Shown here piece by piece: positions 52,601 to 60,615 of a stretch of 64,000 nt of DNA. Position 1 is the stretch's first letter. Every line of letters begins with the position of its first letter. Origin of the DNA: Chlamydiia bacterium (GTDB taxonomy: Bacteria > Chlamydiota > Chlamydiia > Chlamydiales > Rhabdochlamydiaceae). Location of the stretch: the NCBI GenBank assembly GCA_963804085.1, contig CAWDOQ010000002.1, forward strand, positions 160,001 through 224,000, in the 5' to 3' direction. Made by a program: the position numbers and the translations under genes. The notes beneath the pieces were generated by a model. That model had not been told where the DNA came from and did no database searches. It worked only from the letters and a program-made list of their open reading frames with translations.

Positions 52601-52987
52601 CGAATCAGTGCGTCTCTACAACAGCCCATTCCTGACGGCACCATTTTGACGACGCACACAAGCCTTAATACGCGCGTTCACGTCCCCAACGACCATTTCA
52701 TCATCTTGAGCGGGATGATCCAAGACACCAAGACACACTTTAAATCGGGCATCCCCTGTCTCGGCGGCCTTCCTGTCCTCGGAGTCTTCTTTAGTGAAAA
52801 CGACAGGAGCGATTCAAAAGACAACCTGGTGATCTTCCTGCGTCCTCACATCATCAACTCTTTCGAAGATTACAAAGCGCTCACTTCTCACCAAGAGAAG
52901 CTCTACAAAGAGCAAGCGACACTTCCCGCGCTGAAAGAGGATTTTGACGAAGCAATCAACCTCGTCAAACAACCCGAAAATGAATAA
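49616..52987 (+). CDS. cdsC: T3SS outer-membrane secretin CdsC/SctC
   Basis: N0 domain, multiple N3-like repeats, secretin domain (LDVPLRQVFIEVL, YRDIG, GIPCLGGLP); end of the cds cluster. Confidence 0.95.
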   Translation: MKRRRPRRSSLKLRKNRLFQFTVGGLFIYVLNFSVLFGKEEMQNYSDIDPKELEETPPKKADNYTINFKNVGIIEYIKFVSKISNANFVFDEEELQFNVTIVSEEPISTKNIMSALIQVLRIHGLTLLEQDNNFIITKNTAVTQIPTIISSDHMDPHAKTAPIVTRIFRIKNANLNTVASIIRPMVSSTALIEVSSETKQLIVTDILTNVDKIASLLFSLDAPHTSLEVESYTAKNIAPAELITLATQIITPFADGNTLLFVPQVDTNTIYIVSTAYLIERAMTIMEDLDISSKIIHLSAENVFVYKILQRSGQDLEDSLFQIADDLKASPAPPRKLVLALESVRWIKDSNSLLFVGDSDTITKIKEILVNVDTAVSAAPAEGNAFYLYKLQFASGEIVLKQLEKIADHLPNDDVTHTGVVKTIRNMKWIKENNSLLITGPASALAKIQDLVAEFDVAGAGGGGVPSGKSSFVIYKPKNQSAESIQHSLENITTDLKESGLIDPDLLHTLSTVRYVPATNSLLLTGTPEALDKAQGLLETIDVVGAQGVAIQHIGNLTFLIYKLEHVPAAQFISSMKSVAAELDKSNVLDKELGKTIASMKWIKETNSILFTGTPQSLERIEELAKKFDFATGAARAAASLTYIVYTPKFQSGEDLINTLCTFENNLSESGVSDQGLFDAINNLKFMEQTASLIISGDAESIKKIEALLERFDVPRKGGGELPSIETIENTSFLVYKLQYHQGQEILTALKQVSGELGRSPSPATQSLVNSINSLQWITVTNSLLATGDQEVLTKLKGLIENLDVPLRQVFIEVLIIETSLANLQNFGVQWGGLAKYKNKLAMKTGNFPGANPFSAFPTNPGIVPGLNRVNATTFPNPATDIPFLQGFDLGSIGDIILHKGQTFVNLGALVNALQSDADTTILLNPKIITQDNNNSTIFVGQNIPYLGSQQTITGASNSTATNFEYRDIGMNLSITPMLGNGDIITLEISNDLSTRISASLQQPIPDGTILTTHTSLNTRVHVPNDHFIILSGMIQDTKTHFKSGIPCLGGLPVLGVFFSENDRSDSKDNLVIFLRPHIINSFEDYKALTSHQEKLYKEQATLPALKEDFDEAINLVKQPENE

Positions 52988-53930
52988 GACCCTTTTTGCT
53001 GTTTCAATAATGGCAGGGGCGCTTACCTCCTGCTACCGCGTCCCCGACAAGATCGAACCGAAAATGAACTATGCGGTGCAGGACCGCTATCTTAAAAGCC
53101 TGCCCTCTCCCTTTCCCCCGCTTACAGAAGCTGAGAGAAGCACAGATTGGGGCAAGGAGTACCAGATTGGCTTTGGCTTTGCGCACGCACTCGACCTCTA
53201 CCAAGCGATCACAGCATTTAAGCGTGCCGAGATCTTAGCTCCTGTTGAGCTACAAGAAAGACGTCGCGAGATCCTCTACGAGATCCTCCTTTGCTACTAC
53301 CTAGGAAAGAAGTATGAGGATGTGATCAATACATTTGAAAATAGCGAGCTGCGCTTTGTAAACCAGAGCTTTACACCCTATCATGACCTGCTCCTCTTTC
53401 TATATGATAGCTACCGAGAAACGCACCAAGAGGAAAAAGCTGCTCGCATGATGGTCTTGATGCAAGAGAGTGCACCAGACACTGCTGACAAGCTCGATCT
53501 TTCAACCGCATTCATGGAGGGCGATGTCCAAAAACTAGACGAGCGCTCCAAAACTCGTCCGAACGAGGAGTACCTCTCCACCTTTCTTACCTCCTATGAG
53601 AACGAAAAGAAATCGATTGCAAAAGCCCAGACACTCAACGCCCTTCTTCCGGGTGCGGGATACCTCTACCTCGGCCAAAAAAAATCAGCTTTAACTGCCG
53701 TTCTTTTGAACGGACTCTTCATCGCCGCCACCGTCCACTTTTTCCAGCACGGTCATGTGGCAGCAGGGGCGATCTTTGCAAGCTTTGAAGCCGGCTGGTA
53801 CTTTGGAGGCATCTACGGAGCAGGCGAAGAGACCAAATTTTATAACGAGCGCCTTTTTGAAAGAAAAGCGACACCCATCATGAACAACCGCGGACTCTTC
53901 CCCGTCCTCATGCTCAACTATGCCTTTTGA
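52980..53930 (+). CDS. TPR-containing lipoprotein with C-terminal hydrophobic segments
   Basis: Lipobox LTSC; YQAITAFKRA TPR-like helices; LLPGAGYLYLG motif. Confidence 0.8.
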   Translation: MNKTLFAVSIMAGALTSCYRVPDKIEPKMNYAVQDRYLKSLPSPFPPLTEAERSTDWGKEYQIGFGFAHALDLYQAITAFKRAEILAPVELQERRREILYEILLCYYLGKKYEDVINTFENSELRFVNQSFTPYHDLLLFLYDSYRETHQEEKAARMMVLMQESAPDTADKLDLSTAFMEGDVQKLDERSKTRPNEEYLSTFLTSYENEKKSIAKAQTLNALLPGAGYLYLGQKKSALTAVLLNGLFIAATVHFFQHGHVAAGAIFASFEAGWYFGGIYGAGEETKFYNERLFERKATPIMNNRGLFPVLMLNYAF

Positions 53931-53942
53931 GAAGATCAACCT

Positions 53943-54065
53943 CTTGTATGGAGTGCGGCGACTTGTCGCCGCTTTCAAAGACAGCGACTCGTCGCTGCTC
54001 TTGAAAAGCACCGTGACAAGTCCCGGTGGAGAAAAGCGGCGACAAGTCGCCGCACTCCACACAAG
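53943..54065. repeat. REP-like inverted repeat doublet (TGGAGTGCGGCGAC family)
   Basis: CTTGTATGGAGTGCGGCGACTTGTCGCCGC ... GCGGCGACAAGTCGCCGCACTCCACACAAG; a partial third copy starts at 54492. Confidence 0.9.
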
Positions 54066-54078
54066 AGCGCGTCAAATA

Positions 54079-54474
54079 TTGACAGGTTACCGTGTTTTTC
54101 GATGGTCACTTCTTCTTATCTTCTTTCCATTTTCCGCCTATGCACTACCAGGCTATGTCGAACCGTGGGGAAAAGATGCGGACCTTGCCGCCCCAAGAAA
54201 AGCGATCGAACAAAAAGCTGAGCCCTCGATCGCTGTACGCCTCGCAGAACAAGCGATTCTCTTTCATCAAAATGTGCTGACAAAAGTCGATGGCCCCCGC
54301 AGCCACTTCCGTCCCAGCTCATCCGCCTACATGCGACAAGCGATGCACAAACACGGCTTTTTCAAGGGCTTCATCATGGGCTGCGACCGCCTCCTGCGCG
54401 AAAACGACGCCCCCTGGGTCTACCGCACCATAGAAGTCGACGGCAAGCTCTTCAAATACGACCCTCCGCACTAA
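54079..54474 (+). CDS. yidD: Membrane protein insertion efficiency factor YidD-like
   Basis: HFRPSSSAY...KHGFFKGFIMGCDRLLR motif; start uncertain (TTG 54079 chosen). Confidence 0.75.
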   Translation: MTGYRVFRWSLLLIFFPFSAYALPGYVEPWGKDADLAAPRKAIEQKAEPSIAVRLAEQAILFHQNVLTKVDGPRSHFRPSSSAYMRQAMHKHGFFKGFIMGCDRLLRENDAPWVYRTIEVDGKLFKYDPPH

Positions 54475-54663
54475 AGCAAGCCTCGATCCTTCTTATGTGG
54501 AGTGCGGCAACGCAGCACCCCAAATGAATACGCCTACACACTAAAATTTTTAATACACCGCCTGCAGCGCTGAGATTGAATTATATAATATTATTTAATA
54601 ATTGATTTGTTTGATTAATAATGTTAAATTTTAATCTCAATTTAATTTAAAACGAGGTTGTTT

Positions 54664-55563
54664 ATGACACAAGCCGCAGGATCTACTGCAGTGAGCCGCT
54701 TTTTGGCCACGCCTCTATTAAAAAATGGTGTGGTTCCTTTTTTGGAAGCGAAGCCGCTGCCAAAAAAACAGGATCCACTTTGGGGATTTAATGAGGGGTG
54801 TGTACCAGATGCGATGCTGCCTGTTTTAGATAGGACACATGCTTTGACAGAGCGACTGTACGCTCTTCTTCCCTTGTCAGTTGTATCAAAAGCTTTTAAG
54901 GGGGAATCTGAAAACGCAAGAAAAGAGCTAAGAGAGCGCATTGTTGTAGAGATCACCCTCATTCATGAAGGCAGCCGTGGTTCTAAAGTTCTCAGACATC
55001 TGGTCGATGCTGGCGGCTATCTTAGAGCTTTGCGCGTCTACTTCTTTGTAAAGCCGCAGGCTTTGCACAACTTTGTCTCGGATAAGAAGCAGCAAGAAGG
55101 ATTTACTCGAAACATTTTACACAATGCCGCTGCTCCCGATTACGGATATGGTCGGTTATCAGAACCCTTTGTCGCTTTTGTCCTGGCTACGGATCTTCAG
55201 CATAATTTGGGCCTTTCGAAACAACAGGATTCCAATCAACGCACTCCTCTAGAACATTGCAGAAAACGCATAGAATTACACCGTGATGCTCCAGAGGGAT
55301 TAGCCATCTTTCAGCGAATAGAGCAGAAGCTTATAGAGCATGAAGCTAGAATTGTGCCGACTCCCATTTTACCGCCTGCACCAAAAGCCCAGCCATTTGC
55401 GCTTCCGGCTCTTGAGCTCCCCGCATCGCCGCCTGCTTTAGCCGAACCTCTTCCTGCTCCTGTTGCTAAAGAAGAGCAATCGCCTTCTCTACTCTGCCAG
55501 TTCTGCTCGGCATGTTATGATGCGTTTGCTCGTCTGTTCAACTGGATAAGAAACTTGATCTAA
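54664..55563 (+). CDS. Orphan effector-like protein with an ankyrin-like fragment
   Basis: NILHNAA...DSNQRTPLE ankyrin-like motifs, Pro-rich linker, Cys-containing amphipathic C-terminus; AT-rich upstream region. Confidence 0.7.
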   Translation: MTQAAGSTAVSRFLATPLLKNGVVPFLEAKPLPKKQDPLWGFNEGCVPDAMLPVLDRTHALTERLYALLPLSVVSKAFKGESENARKELRERIVVEITLIHEGSRGSKVLRHLVDAGGYLRALRVYFFVKPQALHNFVSDKKQQEGFTRNILHNAAAPDYGYGRLSEPFVAFVLATDLQHNLGLSKQQDSNQRTPLEHCRKRIELHRDAPEGLAIFQRIEQKLIEHEARIVPTPILPPAPKAQPFALPALELPASPPALAEPLPAPVAKEEQSPSLLCQFCSACYDAFARLFNWIRNLI

Positions 55564-57395
55564 CGAGCGCGAAGGGCGTTTAAGATGACGGCAACGTCGA
55601 TGATCTCTTGAAGGAGCGCGCCGATGGGAGGCGAGATGTGCCCGAGCGCTGCGATGACCATTAGGACTGTGCTAAGCCCGATGCCGATCCATATGCCCTG
55701 CTTGGCGATGAAAAGCATGCGCTGGCCGATGTAAACTGCATCGGCGATTTTGCCGACATTATCCACAATCAGAACCACATCCGCCGCCTCCGCTGAAATA
55801 GCACTCCCTTGCGCTCCCATCGCAACCCCCACCGTTGCGGATGCAAGCGCCGGCGCATCGTTGATCCCATCCCCTACCATCATTGTCAGGTACTTTTTTT
55901 CCGTCTCTTTAACAATTTCGACCTTCTGCTCCGGAAGCAGTTCTGCCTTAAAATCTGCGATTCCCGCTTGTTTTGCGACCACTTCCGTGTTGCGGGTATT
56001 ATCTCCCGTGATCATCATGATCTCCTCTATTTTTAAGGAGTGCAAGCGCCTGACCATGTGGGGAACCTCTTTGCGCATTTTGTCTGTGAGGACAATCATT
56101 CCTGATAGTTGATTACCAATGCCCACAAAGACCAGAAGTTTCCCCTCTTTTCTTGTCTGATCGATGAGCCCTTGCTGTTTTTCGAAAATCCCTTCTCCCA
56201 ACTTCTGTTCAAGAAGGGGTTCAGATCCGACGACAATCTGTTCATGATCCACTACCCCTTCCGCTCCACGTCCCGGAATCTCCCGAAACTCTTTGGGAAA
56301 CTCCAGTTTTCCCGAAGACTTTGCGTGACGAAAGATCGCCTGTGCAACCGAATGCGAAGAGAGCTGTTCAATGCACGCTGCTTTGTAGAGAAGTGCTTCT
56401 TGAGATGTATCCCCAAACGAGATCACCTGATCCACAAAAGGCATTCCATAGGTGATCGTTCCGGTTTTATCGAAGAGAGCGGCTTTTATTTTTCCGATCT
56501 GCTCAAGAGGAGCTCCCCCTTTGAATATGATACCCTCTTGAGCTGCTCGATTGATCCCACTAAGAACAGCGATGGGCGTCGCAAGAATTAAGGGACACGG
56601 CGTTGCGACGACAAGCACGGCAAGTATCGTCGTGGGATCTTGTGTTATCACCCATCCCAAAAAGCTGATGACGATGACAAGCGGCGTAAAGTAAACAGCG
56701 TAACGATCCGCTAATCTCTGGATGGGAGCTTTTTCTGCTTGAGCTGCTTGAACAAGACGTACGATTTTTGCGTACTGGCTCTCCTCGCTGATCTTGTCGG
56801 CTCGCATGTTGAATGCACCATCCAGGTCGATCGTACCGCTGAGCACTTTGGATCCGACTATCTTGTGGCGGGCAAGCGGCTCTCCCGTCATCGAAGACTC
56901 ATCGATCTCAGACTCTCCTTCGATGATCGTTCCATCGACCGGAATAAAATCTCCTGTTCGAACAACAAGAATGTCCCCTACTTTGATCTGTCCGACATCG
57001 ATCTCTTCAATCTTACCATCATCTTTGCGATGCGCAGTGCGCGGTGCGCGCGCAAGTAGTGCAGTGAGAGACGATGAGGCGCGCCTAAAACCATATTTTT
57101 CGATCGCCTCGCCTCCCGATTGCATGAGGACGACGATAGCGCCGGCAAAAGCCTGATCCATCAGAACTGCCGTAATAATGGCCAGCATGGCAACGATGTC
57201 GGCCGCGAACTGCCCGCGAAACATCCCCTTCACAGTGCTCCAGACGATGGGAGAGCCACCGCCGATGAGCGTGAGATACCAGACTATATGAGCTATCTCA
57301 ACTTTGCTAAATGCAAAGAAGAGCACACCCACCATCAAACCGACAAACGCAAATAGCGGAAGCGCATTACCGCGAAGAAATTTGATCTTGTGCAT
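55560..57395 (-). CDS. Heavy-metal P1B-type ATPase (P1B-5-like)
   Basis: TGE, ATPCPL, DKTGT, GDGINDAP, QEIID in the last TM helix. Confidence 0.92.
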   Translation of the reverse strand: MHKIKFLRGNALPLFAFVGLMVGVLFFAFSKVEIAHIVWYLTLIGGGSPIVWSTVKGMFRGQFAADIVAMLAIITAVLMDQAFAGAIVVLMQSGGEAIEKYGFRRASSSLTALLARAPRTAHRKDDGKIEEIDVGQIKVGDILVVRTGDFIPVDGTIIEGESEIDESSMTGEPLARHKIVGSKVLSGTIDLDGAFNMRADKISEESQYAKIVRLVQAAQAEKAPIQRLADRYAVYFTPLVIVISFLGWVITQDPTTILAVLVVATPCPLILATPIAVLSGINRAAQEGIIFKGGAPLEQIGKIKAALFDKTGTITYGMPFVDQVISFGDTSQEALLYKAACIEQLSSHSVAQAIFRHAKSSGKLEFPKEFREIPGRGAEGVVDHEQIVVGSEPLLEQKLGEGIFEKQQGLIDQTRKEGKLLVFVGIGNQLSGMIVLTDKMRKEVPHMVRRLHSLKIEEIMMITGDNTRNTEVVAKQAGIADFKAELLPEQKVEIVKETEKKYLTMMVGDGINDAPALASATVGVAMGAQGSAISAEAADVVLIVDNVGKIADAVYIGQRMLFIAKQGIWIGIGLSTVLMVIAALGHISPPIGALLQEIIDVAVILNALRAR

Positions 57396-57447
57396 CACTT
57401 GCGGAACATAACAGACCCTTGCTAAATCGGCAAAGCTCTAGAAGATA

Positions 57448-57568
57448 AGAAAAGAGGAAGAGTTAAAACAGGATGGCAGGATAAGCAGGATGAAGAAAGA
57501 TATTTTAACTCTTTTTCTTTCTTATCCTGTTTATCCTGCCCATCCTGTTGTAACTCTTTTTCCTTCTT
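57448..57568. repeat. CAGGAT/ATCCTG palindromic repeat
   Basis: ACAGGATGGCAGGATAAGCAGGAT / ATCCTGTTTATCCTGCCCATCCTGT. Confidence 0.8.
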
Positions 57569-57576
57569 AAAAAGAT

Positions 57577-58971
57577 TTACCCTTCGTGTATGGATTCTTC
57601 TAGGACTTCGTCGAGTTCGTCGTCGGAGACGAAGGTGGCGGGGGCGGGTTTGGGTTCGGATTGTTCAACTTTCTCGCGTCTGCCCTTCAGTGAGAAGATA
57701 AGCGGGACGCCTTTAAAGCCGTAGGTTTTGCGGAACTGGTTAATCAGATACTTTTTGTAGGTGTCGACCATCAGTTCGGGATAGTTGACGAAGAGGACAA
57801 AGTGGGGAGGCGCGATAGAGACTTGCGCCATGTAGTAGACGCGTAGGCGTTTTCCCTGGATCATCGGTGGGTGGTAGGCTTGCATCGCCTTCTCTAAGAA
57901 CTTGTTGAGCTGGCCGGTTGTGATGCGTAGCATCTGTCCCGCGTAGATCTCTTGGACGAGCGTAAAGAGGTTCTCTAAATTTCTACCTGTCTCGGCCGAT
58001 ACAAAGAGTGTCGGACAGTGAGCCAAGAAGGAGACGTCGTATTGCAGGCTCTTTAAGCAGTGCTCCATACGGAAGCCTTTGACTAGATCCCACTTGTTAA
58101 AAAGTATGAGGCAGCCTTTTCCGGCGGCTTCAATTTGCGCAGCAATTCTCTTCTCTTGTGCGGTCATCCCTTCGACTGCATCGATTAAAAGCACGCAGAC
58201 ATCAGCGCGCTCAATCGCACGCTCGGTGCGGATATAGGCAAATTTATCTACAACCTCATGCTCGGCACGTTTACGCCGAATACCGGCTGTGTCGATGAGC
58301 GTGAAAGGTGTGCCGTCTACTGTTATCGGGATGTCGATGCTATCGCGTGTTGTCCCTGCAATGGGGCTTACCACGCAGCGGTCTTCCTGTAGCAAGTAGT
58401 TGACGAGGGTTGATTTTCCGACGTTAGGTCTTCCGACAATGGCGATATGAATACCCGGGCTTCTTGGCTCTTCCTCTTCGAAAGAAACTCCTTCGAATGC
58501 CATTTCTAAAAGCTCTGCGATCTGAAAGTTTTGTGTCGCAGAAACGGGGACCATGCGCGAGATGCCCAAACTGCAAAAGGGGTACATGCGATCGACATGC
58601 GCATGCTCTTCGATCTTGTTTACGGCAAGACAGACCGGCTTTTTAGTGCGCAAAAGTATCTTTGCCACGCGCTCATCTAATGAAGTCACACCTACTTGAG
58701 CGTCAACCACCATGACCAGCACATCCGCCTCAATAATCGCGATCTCTGCCTGGCGGCGTATCTCCTCTTGAAAGGGGAGCTTGGACTGGGCATCGATCCC
58801 GCCCGTGTCTACCACCTCAAAGGGCTGACCAAAAAAGTCTGCTTTTGCATAGAGGCGATCGCGGGTTATACCCTCTGCCTCATCGACAATAGCAATCTTT
58901 TTTTTACAGATGCAGTTAAAGAGCGCCGACTTGCCCACATTGGGGCGGCCGACCAAAGCTAATTTCTTCAT
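57577..58971 (-). CDS. der: Ribosome biogenesis GTPase Der/EngA
   Basis: Two GRPNVGKS G-domains, DTGG and DTAG, KH-like tail. Confidence 0.97.
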   Translation of the reverse strand: MKKLALVGRPNVGKSALFNCICKKKIAIVDEAEGITRDRLYAKADFFGQPFEVVDTGGIDAQSKLPFQEEIRRQAEIAIIEADVLVMVVDAQVGVTSLDERVAKILLRTKKPVCLAVNKIEEHAHVDRMYPFCSLGISRMVPVSATQNFQIAELLEMAFEGVSFEEEEPRSPGIHIAIVGRPNVGKSTLVNYLLQEDRCVVSPIAGTTRDSIDIPITVDGTPFTLIDTAGIRRKRAEHEVVDKFAYIRTERAIERADVCVLLIDAVEGMTAQEKRIAAQIEAAGKGCLILFNKWDLVKGFRMEHCLKSLQYDVSFLAHCPTLFVSAETGRNLENLFTLVQEIYAGQMLRITTGQLNKFLEKAMQAYHPPMIQGKRLRVYYMAQVSIAPPHFVLFVNYPELMVDTYKKYLINQFRKTYGFKGVPLIFSLKGRREKVEQSEPKPAPATFVSDDELDEVLEESIHEG

Positions 58972-59103
58972 GTTCGAGCGATTATAAAAGCGACCCTCTT
59001 AAATCTAAAGCAAATCTTTCATTATAAACTTTATTTTATTTTCCACTTAATTATTGAAATTATGCTATTATTGATCCCACTTAAGACAAAAATTGAGGAA
59101 AAC

Positions 59104-60615
59104 ATGACAACTCCAGGCCTTGGATTAGACCCATCAAAAAGAACTCCCCCAGGCAATCTGGGCGGCGGCGCACCTGCAGGAAAAGGAAATCCCCCTCATG
59201 CCCCGGATAAGTTAGTTACGGCTGCAGGCACAGATGATAATTGCTGCTGCAAGCCCCTCATAGATGCCCTCTCCTCTCTAATTTCCACTATTTGTGACGG
59301 CATCCAAAGCGTTATCTCCTCGATCAAAAATTGGATCTCTCCTGAGCCGGACGCTGCGCCTCCTCGCCCCGCTTCCATCCCACCTAAGCCAAAACCCGAT
59401 GAGAAAAAAACCGATGAGAAGAAAGCGGAAGCAAAAGGCGATGCTAACGAGCTGGAAGAGTTATCTATCCCTCCCCCATGCACGACTGTTTATGCAGAAA
59501 CACCGGCCGTATACAACCACGTAAAGGGAAGATTGCAAAGGCTGCCTCCAGATATTTTGAATAGAATCAATTTCCAAGACACCGATCGGATGATCGATTT
59601 TCGCATGAGCAAATTGCTCCTTTATTCCACATTACCAACAACAAAAGACTATCCCATTTTTAAGTATATTTTTGGGCCAGAAGAAGGGGTGCGCATGAGA
59701 GGCATCCAAGTTCCTCCCTGGGACCTTAATGGAGTTTCTACTGAAGGGCAAAAATTAATAGATACAGCTCATCGCTACTACAGTAGACCGCACCTTCAAA
59801 TCCCATGTCCTGTGAATTTCGAGGCGATCCACGTGGGTCCTCTATTTTCCGCACATGAGCTATTTAAAACACTTGCCAGACAGGGCCATGGCATAAGTCT
59901 TATTGAATCCCACAACGACTCCTGTCCGTGTTACACTCCTTGGCTTCATATGGAAGTTTTACAAGAAGAAGGCATAGACACATTCTTCCATGAAGGACTG
60001 CCTTACGATATGCAAGACCTACTCGACGCCTATTTTGCTATGCCTAAAGGCTCCGAGCCCCCTCCGCTTTTAAGTGCGATATTAGATCAAGTTACACAAA
60101 GTCAAGAAATTTATAGACAGCTGGTACGCTTAACAAAAGAACCTGCGCCTGCTAAAAAGCCGAAAATAGCCGGACTAAATGGTCCGGTCGAAATGGTTCG
60201 AGAAGCGCCAATGAACAGTAAACCGAACTACTACACGTTAAAAGATATGGTGATGAAGGCACAAAGACTTGGTATCCGTGTTGTGGGTATCGAAGACGAT
60301 GCTACTAGCTTTATAGGTACAGGCCACGGCCCAGAACGGAGCGGAAAGCGCATGCTATCGATGAACTACCGAACACTGCAGATCATCAAAAAAGAGCAGC
60401 GCGGCAAATACCTTCTCCATACAGGTTCTGCACACGGAGTCGAGACTGAGGGAGTAACCGGTCTTGCCAAATCGTTGGGTTTACCCACAGTGCTGGCAAA
60501 AGATCGTCAAAGAGAAGAGGTTGTCGGAGTCCATAAACAACGAGCTGTTTCTCATGCGGGTAGGCACTACACCCCTGACTTCACGATCATTTTGGAAGAG
60601 CCACAAAAAAACTAA
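59104..60615 (+). CDS. Candidate secreted effector with a PMT-C2/RRSP-like (TIKI/EreA/ChaN fold) domain
   Basis: ESH...GIDTFFHE...GIRVVGIE...MNY...GKYLLHTGSAH...GVTGLA motif order; disordered P/G-rich N-terminus. Confidence 0.7.
   Translation: MTTPGLGLDPSKRTPPGNLGGGAPAGKGNPPHAPDKLVTAAGTDDNCCCKPLIDALSSLISTICDGIQSVISSIKNWISPEPDAAPPRPASIPPKPKPDEKKTDEKKAEAKGDANELEELSIPPPCTTVYAETPAVYNHVKGRLQRLPPDILNRINFQDTDRMIDFRMSKLLLYSTLPTTKDYPIFKYIFGPEEGVRMRGIQVPPWDLNGVSTEGQKLIDTAHRYYSRPHLQIPCPVNFEAIHVGPLFSAHELFKTLARQGHGISLIESHNDSCPCYTPWLHMEVLQEEGIDTFFHEGLPYDMQDLLDAYFAMPKGSEPPPLLSAILDQVTQSQEIYRQLVRLTKEPAPAKKPKIAGLNGPVEMVREAPMNSKPNYYTLKDMVMKAQRLGIRVVGIEDDATSFIGTGHGPERSGKRMLSMNYRTLQIIKKEQRGKYLLHTGSAHGVETEGVTGLAKSLGLPTVLAKDRQREEVVGVHKQRAVSHAGRHYTPDFTIILEEPQKN

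Noticed and set aside
53920-54078. Palindromic element translated in frame at the N-terminus of YidD (Rickettsia RPE-like)
   Set aside because: The frame is open, but a nearer start gives a normal hydrophobic N-terminus; no evidence the extension is translated.
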